NCBI RefSeq assembly: GCF_041146345.1
Contig: NW_027191409.1
Location: 1,550,001-1,614,000, forward strand
From: Neodothiora populina
Lineage: Eukaryota
Direction: 5' to 3'
DNA: 64,000 bases
Shown here piece after piece: positions 24,393 to 35,530 of this stretch. The translations under genes were made by a program, and so were the position numbers. Each line of letters opens with the position of its first letter. The first letter of the stretch is position 1. Under the pieces are notes generated by a model. That model was given only the letters and a program-made list of their open reading frames with translations, was not told where the DNA came from and made no database searches.

Positions 24393-25248
24393 AGGACTAT
24401 GGCGGTCGCATGGTTAGAGCACAACAAAATACTGGTGGCCAATGATTATGGGCACTTCTGGAGATGGGCACCGAAGATGTGACACGATTGAGATATCCCC
24501 GTACCTTATCTAGCGCTGGCTTGCTCCTGCACATCCACAAGCAAATCTCTCTCACATCAAAATGATACCCATACCCACAATCGGCATGCAACAACATGTA
24601 TTAATTACTGCACTCATAACAGGCATTCTGTGCACTCGAATTGCTGCGCTCCCGCCGTTCACCATTATACTTCATCAACAAATCAACAGTTCAGCACGGC
24701 CCATGATCTGGAAAAATCTCAGCCGCACTGTGTTGAGACAAACCAGGTCCCCACATAGTCTCGAAGTTTAAAGTCTCCTGTTCGCACCATGTCTGCGAAC
24801 TGATGCGGGCGACTTCTCCAAATCGATATTCAATGGTGATGCATGTATATACAAGCGACGATCTACCGACAAGCCCAATGGAAATGTGTTCAGATATCTA
24901 AAGGGACATTACACTCGCTGATGAGTACCGTAGGTATTTGCAACTGATGAAGTGAAGTGTGGCTGAGGATGCATTCAGTGAACCAGACCTCACTGTGGAT
25001 CCAAAGGAGAAAGTTGATCCAATCACTACTCCATGACGTTCTACATAACCGTTCAGGCACACGATCTGGGGTAGATCTGCGTATCGACTAGGACAAGCTT
25101 ACCATGCTGACCTGATGGTCTGCATATGCGTGTCATACCTCACTCTCCCCTTCTTCAGTCCTGCTCACGTCCAGGTGCTGTCGCGCTCTATTCGGTACTA
25201 CCAGGAAGAAGGCCTTTTTAACCAGATCGGTTGCTTGCACTGAAGGAA

Positions 25249-26799
25249 ATGCTCTCAGGTGAATCATCTCGGCTGTCACATGCCCTGCAAAACATCCAGC
25301 TCATAATCTTGAGCTTGTTTTTTCTTCCTCTTGATACCTTTATCCTTTTCTTCAGCTATGCAGTTCGCGTAGTTGCTTCGCTTCCTGCCACGAACCATCG
25401 TGCTCGCGTGAGATCTCGGTATTCAGGAGCTTTCCAGCCTCGCAATGTCCTGATTACAGGAGTGAGCATGACCAAAGGTCTTGCTCTCGCCCGACTCTTT
25501 TACATTGCAGGACATAATGTCATAGGAGCCGATTTTGAGCCCTATCTCATGCCGATTCCTCTGGTGTGCGGCCATGTGTCGCGTTCGATCAGCAAGTTTC
25601 ACCGTCTCGCTAAACCCGATGGCACGACAGAGGGATCAAGCAAGTACGCGCAGAGCATCCTGGACATCATCAAACAAGAAAAGGTTGATCTCTGGGTGAG
25701 CTGTTCTGGTGTTGCCAGCGCAGTCGAGGATGGCCAAGCCAAGGAGATCATTGAGCAATTGACACCATGTCGCTGTGTGCAGTACGATGTGCCAACAACC
25801 AAACTTCTACACGAAAAGCACTCATTCATCGACCATGTGCAATCCATCGGACTGACAGTACCGGATACACATACGGTGACCTCTCGAGCAGCGGCCCTCA
25901 AGCTTCTTGACGATGCTCAGAACACGGATAGGAAATACATCATGAAATTCATAGGCACTGATGATTCTGTCCGTGGGGACATGACACTCCTGCCATTTGC
26001 AACATCTACTCAGACCAAGGCACATGTCTCGAAATTACGCATATCCGAAGAGAGGCCATGGATCCTGCAACAGTACATAGACGGGCCCGAGTTCTGTACT
26101 CACGCCCTCGTTGTCAGAGGTCAAGTCAAAGCATTCGTCGCGTGTCCCTCGGCCGAATTGCTCATGCATTACACCGCTCTCTCCACTGATTCGTCCTTGA
26201 GCCGAAGTATGCTGCGCTTCACTCAAGAAGTGGCAGCGAGTGATCCCGACAAATTCACCGGCCACCTCTCCTTTGACTTCTTGGTCGACAGCAAAGAGAA
26301 GGAAGCGGCGGACCGAGACCCGAATAGAATCGTGACCCTGTATCCAATCGAATGCAACCCCCGTGCCCACACCGCTGTCTGTCTCTTCAACGACACCCCT
26401 GCCATGATCGACGGCTACATGTCTATGCTCGAGCCACCGACCGAAGACGAAAAACACAAAGAGAAGGGTACAAACGGCAACGCCACGGTCCAGCCAGTCT
26501 ATCCGCAGTCGCCGGACAAGTACTACTGGGTCGGACATGATCTGGTTGAACTTGTCATTCTGCCACTTCGCTCGCTATTCTCCAGGGAAGGCATGAGTCT
26601 CGGTGAAGTTCTCGACAGTTTGTCAATCTTCCTTGGACATTTGGTCTTCTGGCGGGACGGATCGTACGAGCTTTGGGATCCTTTGCCTGCTTGGTGGTTG
26701 TATCATGTCTATTGGCCTTATCAGTTCTTGTGCGCACTTCTCGCCGGCAAAAAGTGGAGCAGAATAAACGTCAGCACGACAAAGATGTTCGGCTGCTGA
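25249..26799 (+). CDS. mysC: ATP-grasp ligase (MysC-like mycosporine synthase)
   Basis: Hydrophobic N-terminus, NVLITGVSMTKGLALARLF..AGHNVIGAD, LHEKHSF, PWILQQYIDGPEFCTH, FTGHLSFDF, PIECNPRAHTA, YYWVGHD, WDPLP and RINVSTTKMF. Intronless; first ATG at 25249. Confidence 0.92.
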   Translation: MLSGESSRLSHALQNIQLIILSLFFLPLDTFILFFSYAVRVVASLPATNHRARVRSRYSGAFQPRNVLITGVSMTKGLALARLFYIAGHNVIGADFEPYLMPIPLVCGHVSRSISKFHRLAKPDGTTEGSSKYAQSILDIIKQEKVDLWVSCSGVASAVEDGQAKEIIEQLTPCRCVQYDVPTTKLLHEKHSFIDHVQSIGLTVPDTHTVTSRAAALKLLDDAQNTDRKYIMKFIGTDDSVRGDMTLLPFATSTQTKAHVSKLRISEERPWILQQYIDGPEFCTHALVVRGQVKAFVACPSAELLMHYTALSTDSSLSRSMLRFTQEVAASDPDKFTGHLSFDFLVDSKEKEAADRDPNRIVTLYPIECNPRAHTAVCLFNDTPAMIDGYMSMLEPPTEDEKHKEKGTNGNATVQPVYPQSPDKYYWVGHDLVELVILPLRSLFSREGMSLGEVLDSLSIFLGHLVFWRDGSYELWDPLPAWWLYHVYWPYQFLCALLAGKKWSRINVSTTKMFGC

Positions 26800-27297
26800 T
26801 GGAGGTTCTGCAAGCTCCTGGTCATTCGAAGTGTGGCTAAGGCTATAACTTCAAGTGAGGACATCGTCCAGGCACAGGTCACAGTTTATGAATGCTCACA
26901 GAGCCTCCAATTAGCAATTTTAGTCAGATGCATACAAGTTGACTTTATGCATTGGAGCTATGATGGTTTGGCCTGGGCACTTCTCCTTCCATGGCAGTGC
27001 TATGAGGCCGGTCTGCAAGTATTCCGTGTTCAATCATGCTTTGTCCACCCACCCGAAAGCCGCTGCAGAAGTTTTCTTCCATAACCCCCAACCTCGTGTC
27101 TTTAGTCCTTGACCTTCTATGGCCTTGATGTAAATGTCACCCTGTCGACAAATTCCTGTATAGTTTCAGACGAGAGATGTGCAGGATGATCCTGATCAAG
27201 CCGGCGGTCTGAGGTGACTTCCAAACCCGCATGTCGCTGATAGAGCATACCAGCAAGTGCACCTGAGCGTATAATCGTTCATGTCTTACGACTCTCT

Positions 27298-28752
27298 TCA
27301 CGGATCATCTCTACAACCGCATTCCCGATCCTCACCTCCGTCACCAAACATAATAGCATTCCCACACGTCCGACAGCTTATCGTAGGATTGCACTCACAA
27401 CCACCCATGTCATCTATGCTGATCCCACACCCTCCGCAAGTGTCTACTCTACTCGCATCTGGCCTGGGCCTAGTATCCTGATGTGGCACCAGACGGTTGT
27501 ATGTCATTCCGGCCTCTGATGGTATATCCAGATGTGCATAGCCTGCTGCGCGGAGACTGGTTTGGGCCACCGCCTGTTGCATGGTTTCTGAGGGCAGGTT
27601 ACTCGCTGCAATCTCGAGACTGCGTAGCATATCTTGGCTGGACCCTATTGGTATTTGGAGATCTTGAGGTTGGCGTGCAGGTGCAGGCGCAGGCGCGAGT
27701 GATCGAGATCTTGCTTGCATTCGAGATGTAAGGATACGGCCAAGAACGGCGGCTGGGTCTGAAATGAGCGCTGTGCCTCTAGTGGCAGCCTGCCTCTCCG
27801 TTGCCCGGTGTCTCAACGACATGCTCCTGCGTGACCGACGAGCAGCCGTCGCAATGAGTAGCTCATCTTCAATAGTTGGTCGGCGGGCTACTTCTCGATT
27901 GCCAGATACGGTTGTTCGGTGGAAAGAAATGAAAATACTGGGCGATCTGACTGGCTCAGGCCTCACATCTGCTGCCACAGACGATAAACTATTCTCAATG
28001 ATTTGCGGTAGTCTTTCCTCTGTTCCTACCATCGCACTTGCCTCTCGTGTAGAGTTTGCATCTGACGATCTTGTGGCATGAGATCTATCGGTCGCCGTGT
28101 GTTGCGTCAAGGCTTCTCTCAGAGTCGCTGATCTTGTCTGCATTCTTCTTGGCGTATGGTCAAGCGTTGCTGGTTCGTCTATCTCCTCGTCAGTGATACG
28201 AGGATAGATGGGCCATGGTCGTGTCGGTGTCTCTGATTGCGCTGGTCCAAGGGCCGCTGGAGATGGTGACGAGGAAACGTCAAGTCTGCTATCTCGTCGC
28301 AGTCCCGGATCAACGGACCCAGGCAATTGATATTTCAGTAACGTTGCTAATGACGGAAGGTTTTCTCTTGTAGCCGATTCGACTGCATCCGGACTTTCTT
28401 CAAGAGGGGCCAGTACATTGCTCAGGTCATATTTGTTTGTCTCTGCTTGAGCCTGAGAGGGATAGTAAACCAGAGGATATACTATTGCTTCTTCCACAGT
28501 CGTCTCCTCGCCTTGACCGACAACGTCTGCAGTATTCGGCGACACTGTGACTGTCTCGTCTGTTGTATGGATCGGAGATGTGCTTGTCTGAGCGACAGAT
28601 GCTCGGCTTTCCTGTGAGTGTGCTTGTGGTTCATCTCCGTGTGGCGAGATCGTCGAGGAATCACGTGGAGTTTCATTGATGTTTGCCTCTCCATCTAATG
28701 ATATAAGACTTTCATCCAATGGTATTTCTGCATCATGTAGTTCGAGGTCCAT
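27298..28752 (-). CDS. Hypothetical low-complexity protein with a C-terminal Cys cluster
   Basis: Uninterrupted ~484-codon ORF ending CGGCG...CEC...CRTCG...CGC. No family recognised. Confidence 0.6.
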   Translation of the reverse strand: MDLELHDAEIPLDESLISLDGEANINETPRDSSTISPHGDEPQAHSQESRASVAQTSTSPIHTTDETVTVSPNTADVVGQGEETTVEEAIVYPLVYYPSQAQAETNKYDLSNVLAPLEESPDAVESATRENLPSLATLLKYQLPGSVDPGLRRDSRLDVSSSPSPAALGPAQSETPTRPWPIYPRITDEEIDEPATLDHTPRRMQTRSATLREALTQHTATDRSHATRSSDANSTREASAMVGTEERLPQIIENSLSSVAADVRPEPVRSPSIFISFHRTTVSGNREVARRPTIEDELLIATAARRSRRSMSLRHRATERQAATRGTALISDPAAVLGRILTSRMQARSRSLAPAPAPARQPQDLQIPIGSSQDMLRSLEIAASNLPSETMQQAVAQTSLRAAGYAHLDIPSEAGMTYNRLVPHQDTRPRPDASRVDTCGGCGISIDDMGGCECNPTISCRTCGNAIMFGDGGEDRECGCRDDP

Positions 28753-29852
28753 TAACAATGAGCTATAGCTATGAATGGTCGATTTCTATGGTAGCATGAA
28801 GCGATGCAGATGCATTTACAATCTATGATTATAGCACACTGGTCTCTGCAGAAGGAGCGATCAACTCCATAACAAGTAGAAGGCACCACACTTCACCACT
28901 CGTAGTTGCTCAATGCTGTCCTTTCGCACGTTCAGTAGGTAGAAGGTGACATAATTTGCTGCTTGAAACATCATGTGCTGGCTTCATAGAAAGTGTGGCA
29001 ACTTGAGCGAGGACTATACTCGCTTCTCTTTTCCTTAGTGGTAACAGTAGTGATTATACCATGAGTGTATCTCTCGTTTCAGGTGGTCTTAAGGAAACTC
29101 AACTTCCTGTGGTTATTGTCAAAATATTTGTTATTAGGATGTGATGGACGCTAACCCTGTCCATGCACTGCCAGATACATTTCATATGAGAGCTGATGAG
29201 TGGAACTTGGTGGCGCCAGAGAACAGCGTCGAATATTCGTATTCTGGTCTCATCCTCTGGCTCTTACAGTCACGCAGATTGTGGATGCCTGTGATGAATT
29301 AGTCTGCATCCTTGGTAAATTAATGTGTAGTCAAAATAGCGGTTAAACTTCGGGTGCTCGCGCCGGACTTGGCAAGCTTTTATTACTCGATGTTACCTAA
29401 TTATTTACTTTGGCTCTTTGTAAGTCGATACACTTCAAGACATCTCTCATCATATACTTTGACGACAGCATGCTCTGATGGGAATGTTACGAAGGACCTG
29501 ATAGGTTTATATGATCTGCATGGATCCAAGTAAGCTGTCCTTGGACTGGACATGGTCTATGTAAAATCGACTTCTCGAGGATCTTCGAGTATCAAGCTCT
29601 GGTCCCCACGACGCCATCATCGGATCAAATGAGCACCTGTCAGCCACAGAGCATGATATGAAGCTACACGAAGTATTCGAATGTCGGACTAGTGACCTCG
29701 TGGAATAACGCTGCGTCCCTCTCGATTACCCAAATAGCCATACAGCAACCCTATATGCCGACCGCCTCCGCCAACTCGGAAAGTGTTTCAATTTGCAACG
29801 TTGACCGAGAGGCGTGATACCCTGAATACAACTTGATTGGCCTGCCTTCCCC

Positions 29853-30781
29853 TCAATTAGGCTCATCCTTGCCATCTAGCTCTTTCTTATGCCTGAGTGC
29901 TAATTGTAGGACTGGATCTGAGACTGCCTGTTAGAGCAAGGCACCTTAGCAGATGTCCTTGTCATATTGATTGGTATACTTACATCATGAGCGGCAACAT
30001 CATCAGCGTTGTTACTGAGCTCTCTCGTCACCTTGCGAGTGTCTCCGTCATGAAAGATTTCGTGCTGGATGGTAGGTACTACAGGAGATTCAGGTGTCTC
30101 TGGGGCAGTTGCATAGCTCGAACTATCAGCTGCGTCTTCATCACACATCTCGGAGTCGTCGACATTTTCGATCTCTTGAAGAGCAATTGCTAGATTGGTC
30201 TAGAGGATAATGACCTTGTCAAGAAATTACTTTTAAATACGGAAAGTACGTACACTTACGGCTGTGGTGGAGGCCTCACTAGGCGCCTCTTCAGTTGTTG
30301 TCTCTTCGAGACCCATCTCGTAGAGCTCTTCCTCATCGTTACGGACCTCAATATGTGATCTGTCTGGGCCCGCATCGGTAGGGTTGTTCACACTTACTGT
30401 AGTGTACGCCTTCACCTTAGCTACGACACCCCCCCTCCAAAAAGAGAAACATCAGTCACCCAGCCTTAGTCACACGTCTTATCAAAGAAAACTCACATAA
30501 GGTCCAATAACGCCCAATTCCTCCTCATCAGAGCTAGAGCCCCCTTCCTCCAAGGGCTTGACACCCCACTGCATATGCGCCGAACGAGGATCAGGAGGAT
30601 CGTACTTCCCACCAGACCCAAGCCAAAGATCGCGGTTCTGGATCAGCCTGGGTCCCAGGTGCTGAGGCACGACGCCTTTGCGTACCTTACGTGGACAAGT
30701 GTCGGAGGCGGAGGTGTCGAGACTGCATATGTTCATTGGGCGGCTGCAGCCCATGCAGAGTGGCGAGCTCATATTCGTCAT
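29853..30781 (-). CDS. Four-exon hypothetical acidic protein (~243 aa), possibly truncated
   Basis: Three ORF fragments are joined in frame by phase-0 introns 30416-30496 (GTGAGT...AAG), 30200-30259 (GTAAGT...TAG) and 29928-29983 (GTAAGT...CTAACAG). Confidence 0.5.
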
Positions 30782-31722
30782 AATAAAACCTGCGAGAGGC
30801 GGATTCGTGGAACGTGAAGTAATGAGCAGGACGAGGTAGGTGTAGTAATCTCCTTTGTCCTCACGGGTCTGCAACGGAAAACACCTGGTTGATGCAAACG
30901 AGAAGCACATATATCATAACAAACAATAGATCAAGTGAACAGACGGACGTGTCCACTAGTGCCCTCTTCTCTTGATTACCTCACTTCGGAGCAGAACGTG
31001 CTCAAACGAGCATCAGAACCTCTTTGTTAACTCTCTTCGCTTCCCACAACCACCTACACATACATTTCCCTTCTACTGCGTCTTCAATCCTAAACAGTGC
31101 ATGTGTTACCTAGCATCGTCCCACTCGGTAGCAAAGATGTCCATGTTACCCTCACTAGTAGGGCGATTTCACTTACAAGAACATTGACCGCAGCCTAAGG
31201 ACGAGGGCATACATTGCTTGCAGGAACACTGCGTTCTTTGTATAGAGGTATATATGTCTGGTCTACCTGTCTACGTAGCTATCTCAGCCGTCTATCACCA
31301 CAACTCGAACCTAAGTGTAGAGGTTACCAGCACGGAAGCTCTCGACCATCCTTTTTTGACCTAGAACATGAACAATAAAAGACAGAGTAGGCTTTTCCTT
31401 GTAAGCCCGCCACGAAATGTGAATTGTGTATGCAAGGTATACCACCCATATGTGATTGTGTATAAGATCCCCTAACGCATCTGTTGCGCGATACAGAGTC
31501 GAGGCTGGTGTTAATTTTACAGTACTGAGCTTATCCAATAAGTCGCATGTATAGGTGGATAGATCCACAATCTCGGTCTGCTTCTAACCTAACCGAACGA
31601 GTCTGAGCGTGCAAATTCAGTATTTCCGCTCTCCTAGAAAACACCTGAAAGAGTCTATATTCGCCAAAGAAGGAAATAAATCAACGGAAAGAAAAGGAAG
31701 ATAGAGAAATGCGTCTTCCCAT

Positions 31723-32757
31723 TTACCATCCCGATTCACCGTCCGACGAGCCCCCACCGCCTATCATAGCCTCGGCATAAGACAGTGCGACTCTGTCCCT
31801 TCCATCACCCCTCTTGAACTTCTGGCACGCCAGCTTCAAGAGAGCCGCGTACTGGCTCTGACTGATGATTTCTTCTTCTTCCTCATTGAGGTTCAACAAG
31901 TAGTGGGCTGGGTCTCGCTCGCGGAGGATCGTGTAATAGGCGTGCACCATGTCGTTGGCAGAGATGTTTCTGGAAGACCGCAAAGGCTCGGGATCGGGTG
32001 AGGATCGTTGTGAGGCGTATGTCGAAGGGGTCGTCGCTGGGTTGGAGAGAGATGAGAGACGGGGAGATGGTGCTGCCATTCGTGTCGAGGTGCCGCTGAG
32101 CGTGCGTTTGGGGATGCTGATGTTAGTTGGCTGGTTTGGTCTGGCGATTGACGAGGCAGCTGATGAGGGCGCCGAGGAAGGGATAAGGGGAGTCTTCAAT
32201 CTTGACGGCGTCATGGGGGTTGTAGGCGTATTGGCCTGAGCGGCGGCATTGGCTGTGGCGGCTGCGGCTGCATTCGCATTTGCTGTGATGGTGGCTTTGT
32301 GACTTCTCCGTCTGAGGGTCTTGGAAGGTGTCTTGGGTGTTTGCAAACCACCCCCTCTCGCAATCATGGCAGCACCTTCTTTGGCGTCAATAGATCTATT
32401 GGGTCGCACATGTGGCGATGGATGTTCTTTATTGGTAGGAGCATCCGGTATATTCAATGTTGGCGTGGAGGACGACTTCTTGAGCAATGCTAGAGTCGCC
32501 TGCATCGCTTTCCTCGTCCTTTCCACACTTGCTGGGGTGGCCTGTGGGGGGCTCTCGGGAACTTGCATCACGTTGAAATCGTCCATCTCATTCTCTAACA
32601 CCACCGGTAAAGCCTTGCGCATTTGACGTGCTTGCACAGACTCAGGTGGTCGCCATGATCGTCGTTGGTGATGATGGCCAATTCCAGGAGCGCTGACTGT
32701 TCTCTTGATACGCTGAGGAGCGGGAGCTGCACCGCTGGCAGCCACTGATGTCTGCAT
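31723..32757 (-). CDS. Hypothetical S/T/P-rich protein with a helical C-terminal segment
   Basis: 344-aa ORF from ATG with coding-like composition; C-terminus DMVHAYYTILRERDP...YAALLKLACQKFKRG. Confidence 0.65.
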   Translation of the reverse strand: MQTSVAASGAAPAPQRIKRTVSAPGIGHHHQRRSWRPPESVQARQMRKALPVVLENEMDDFNVMQVPESPPQATPASVERTRKAMQATLALLKKSSSTPTLNIPDAPTNKEHPSPHVRPNRSIDAKEGAAMIARGGGLQTPKTPSKTLRRRSHKATITANANAAAAATANAAAQANTPTTPMTPSRLKTPLIPSSAPSSAASSIARPNQPTNISIPKRTLSGTSTRMAAPSPRLSSLSNPATTPSTYASQRSSPDPEPLRSSRNISANDMVHAYYTILRERDPAHYLLNLNEEEEEIISQSQYAALLKLACQKFKRGDGRDRVALSYAEAMIGGGGSSDGESGW

Positions 32758-34393
32758 CTTGACCTAACTTCTTTGTACCCGACGTCTCTTGGTTCCGGTG
32801 GTTGAATTGGAAGTTCCTGAAAGTAAAAGCGACAAGGCAGACTACCTTACGACACACGCAATAAATGTCTCAAGCATGTGATATGTGCAAGTGATCTCTC
32901 GACACACCTAATCATAGACACCTATCACAGTGGGCGAGGGGCACGAATCCCGATAACACCAGCGATGGAGCCGACGACGCGGCGTTGATGAGGGACAAGC
33001 ACACACATGATGAAGCGGAGAGGAGCGAGACGATCTTACGCGAAGAAGGACGTGATTGTTTCTGGAAGACCCGAAAACAAGCATTAAATTATGTCAATAC
33101 GCAAGAAAAATGGACCAGGCCATTAATCAATCTTGGGTATTGTGGACGGACGCGGATGCGGGAGCCGATAAAGACAAGAAAAAGGCCGTGACATTTGCGA
33201 TAAGAGCAAAGGGAACTAACTCACCGACTATTCGTGCCTCTTTGCGAAGTTCGGCTCAAATATGGTGCCCGATCATACAGTACACGAATTCAGGGCACCT
33301 CAGAAAGCGTACGGGTGCTGCCATGACGAGAGCGTAGATCTGAGTGATTAATGCAGGTACGGTAGCCATGGACACGTTGAGCTAGAAGAATCAAGAAAGT
33401 CGGGCAAGTGTGATAACACCTCGTACGATATATATACATATACGATGAGGCAAGGTAAGCAAGCATAAGGTAAGAACGGAAATAAACCGATGTGTGATGC
33501 GATTGCATGGACTAAGCCACATTCACAAAGCTGTGCCTTCCGTATAGAGTGCGATGAAAATCAGCCCTGCATCTATGGCTACGACGAGGACGACAACCAT
33601 AAACACTACCCGAAGAGAAAGCCCGAACATACAGTACGGACCACTGCCAAGCATCTCAGCAATATGCTATGCACAAGTCATTCACTGCTTTCTCACAGCT
33701 AGAAAGAGTAGATAAATATACTGACATGTAGGCATGGTCTTCCGCATCTCACAACAACATCTTGGCTTCACCTTTGGGCGAAGAAATGCACCCTGCGAGC
33801 CTCGGTATTATGCCCTGTTTGCATTGTGTTTCTATTCTTACTGGATTGCACTCCCGTGCCTCGTACAACCTTTCTCGCTACTGCACTCGCCCGCGGGACA
33901 AGCCTTCACTACCGCCCGTGCCTGGCAAGAATACAACCAACTCCGTCATTCCATGCTACTTTTATCATCCCATCGATAGTTCACATCAGCAGGAGACATT
34001 CTGTGGTCATTGAGTTACCGGGTTGCCTGTAATTGGTGTGCTTGCCTTCCTCGTGTCTTCATCTTCGAGCTATTGTGTAGTCTCTCCATCTCTTTCCGTC
34101 GGGGGCCGATTCGATTATCTTAGTCTGGAAAGTACACGGTAGGAAAGGTGCATGCCGCTATCTCGTGAGAGCAACATCGTCAATATGAACATGTAAAAAT
34201 AGCCATTCCTGGTCATCATACAGTAAGGTAGTATAATATATAAGTACCATCAGAGACCATATGAGTCTCTTCCTCCCATCTTCTTCTTGCAATCGACACA
34301 TTATCTCTCAATTGCATCACCAACTTCAATTCAAAATCACTACGTGACAAAAGAGCCACGACAACAACTCCATCGCACCTAAGATAATACATC

Positions 34394-35038
34394 ATGAAGA
34401 CCACAGCCGCAGCCACGACGGCAGCCCTGACAGCCGCCATGCTGATTCCCACCTCCCTTTGCGCAACACCCTACGTGGCCTCAGCGCGAACCTACCCACT
34501 CTCGAACACCGCCATAAACGCCTACGACATCAACGCGCACAACGGCACCTTCTTGATCGGCGACCCTACACGACTCGCAACCCCAGTTTGCGGGGCCTCA
34601 GACGACAACTGCAACCCCTTTACCACCATCATCACGGGCCCGACAGGCGCAAACAACAACTTCTGGATGGGCATCACCGCAGACGGCGGCCAGCAGATCT
34701 TCGTCGAGAAATCGGGACGACTGGGCTACGCCGCTGTCTACACAGACAACCTGCTTCCCTCATTCGCATACACGAATGGCTTCGAGGTCGTCGCTGACAC
34801 GACGGGGGATTACAACGTCAATGGGTTCCCGTTCTTGAACTGGGGGGGCGCCGAATGGTTCGCTTGTCCTGATGCTGATGTGCAGGATGCCTATGCGGTT
34901 TATGCTGAGGCTGTTGTTGGTGCCACTGCCACGGGAAACTGTACTAGTGGTGTGGATCTGGCGGCTTGCACGAGGTTCCATTTCAGGATCGCGTACCCTA
35001 CTAGGTCGCAATTTTATGCGCCTGAGTATTATGATTGA
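34394..35038 (+). CDS. Secreted Cys-containing protein resembling the fungal 'IgE-binding protein'/PhiA-like cell-wall family
   Basis: Signal-peptide-like N-terminus; INA..GTFLIG, C-x6-C, GGQQIFV..SGRLGY and WFACP motifs; strong C-ending codon bias. Confidence 0.7.
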   Translation: MKTTAAATTAALTAAMLIPTSLCATPYVASARTYPLSNTAINAYDINAHNGTFLIGDPTRLATPVCGASDDNCNPFTTIITGPTGANNNFWMGITADGGQQIFVEKSGRLGYAAVYTDNLLPSFAYTNGFEVVADTTGDYNVNGFPFLNWGGAEWFACPDADVQDAYAVYAEAVVGATATGNCTSGVDLAACTRFHFRIAYPTRSQFYAPEYYD

Positions 35039-35530
35039 GGGAGGAGCAGAGTTGAAAAAGCGGAAGGAGAAGAGAAGCAGAATAGCGTCGAGATGACCGA
35101 GGGAAAGAAGCTAAAACTAATAATGGACTCAAAGGCATTGGGATGACACGAAAAGAACAAGATCAATTGATAGACATAATCCAAGAACATAATGATGCAT
35201 GCTTCACACTCGAGTAAACACGTGTAATCACAAAAAGTTGTCGGTACAGTACATATCTCCGTAGAGTATTTGACTCTTTCATCATATTCCTCATGTTCGA
35301 ACTTAGGGGCGGCCATAGCGCTACAGCATAAGTTCCAGAGGAAGTGAAGGTAGAGATTGGTATGAGCTGATGAAAGATAGACAGAAACAATAGTCATAGA
35401 AACGAGATCGAGCGGTTGCACAAAAACGCTGTGCAAAGATCGTGTCTCACATCGCGGGTATTCATGAAGGGAGGAAAACACAGAAGATGAACCACATGGC
35501 CAAACAAGACAACAGAAACCGGGACCCATC

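Noticed and set aside
28800..29600. RIP-degraded transposon in the AT-richer spacer
   Set aside because: No terminal repeats or RT/transposase remnants seen, and the composition shift is mild.
31311..31568. 85-aa minus-strand ORF with a hydrophobic stretch
   Set aside because: GTG start, no recognisable motif and no clear upstream exon.
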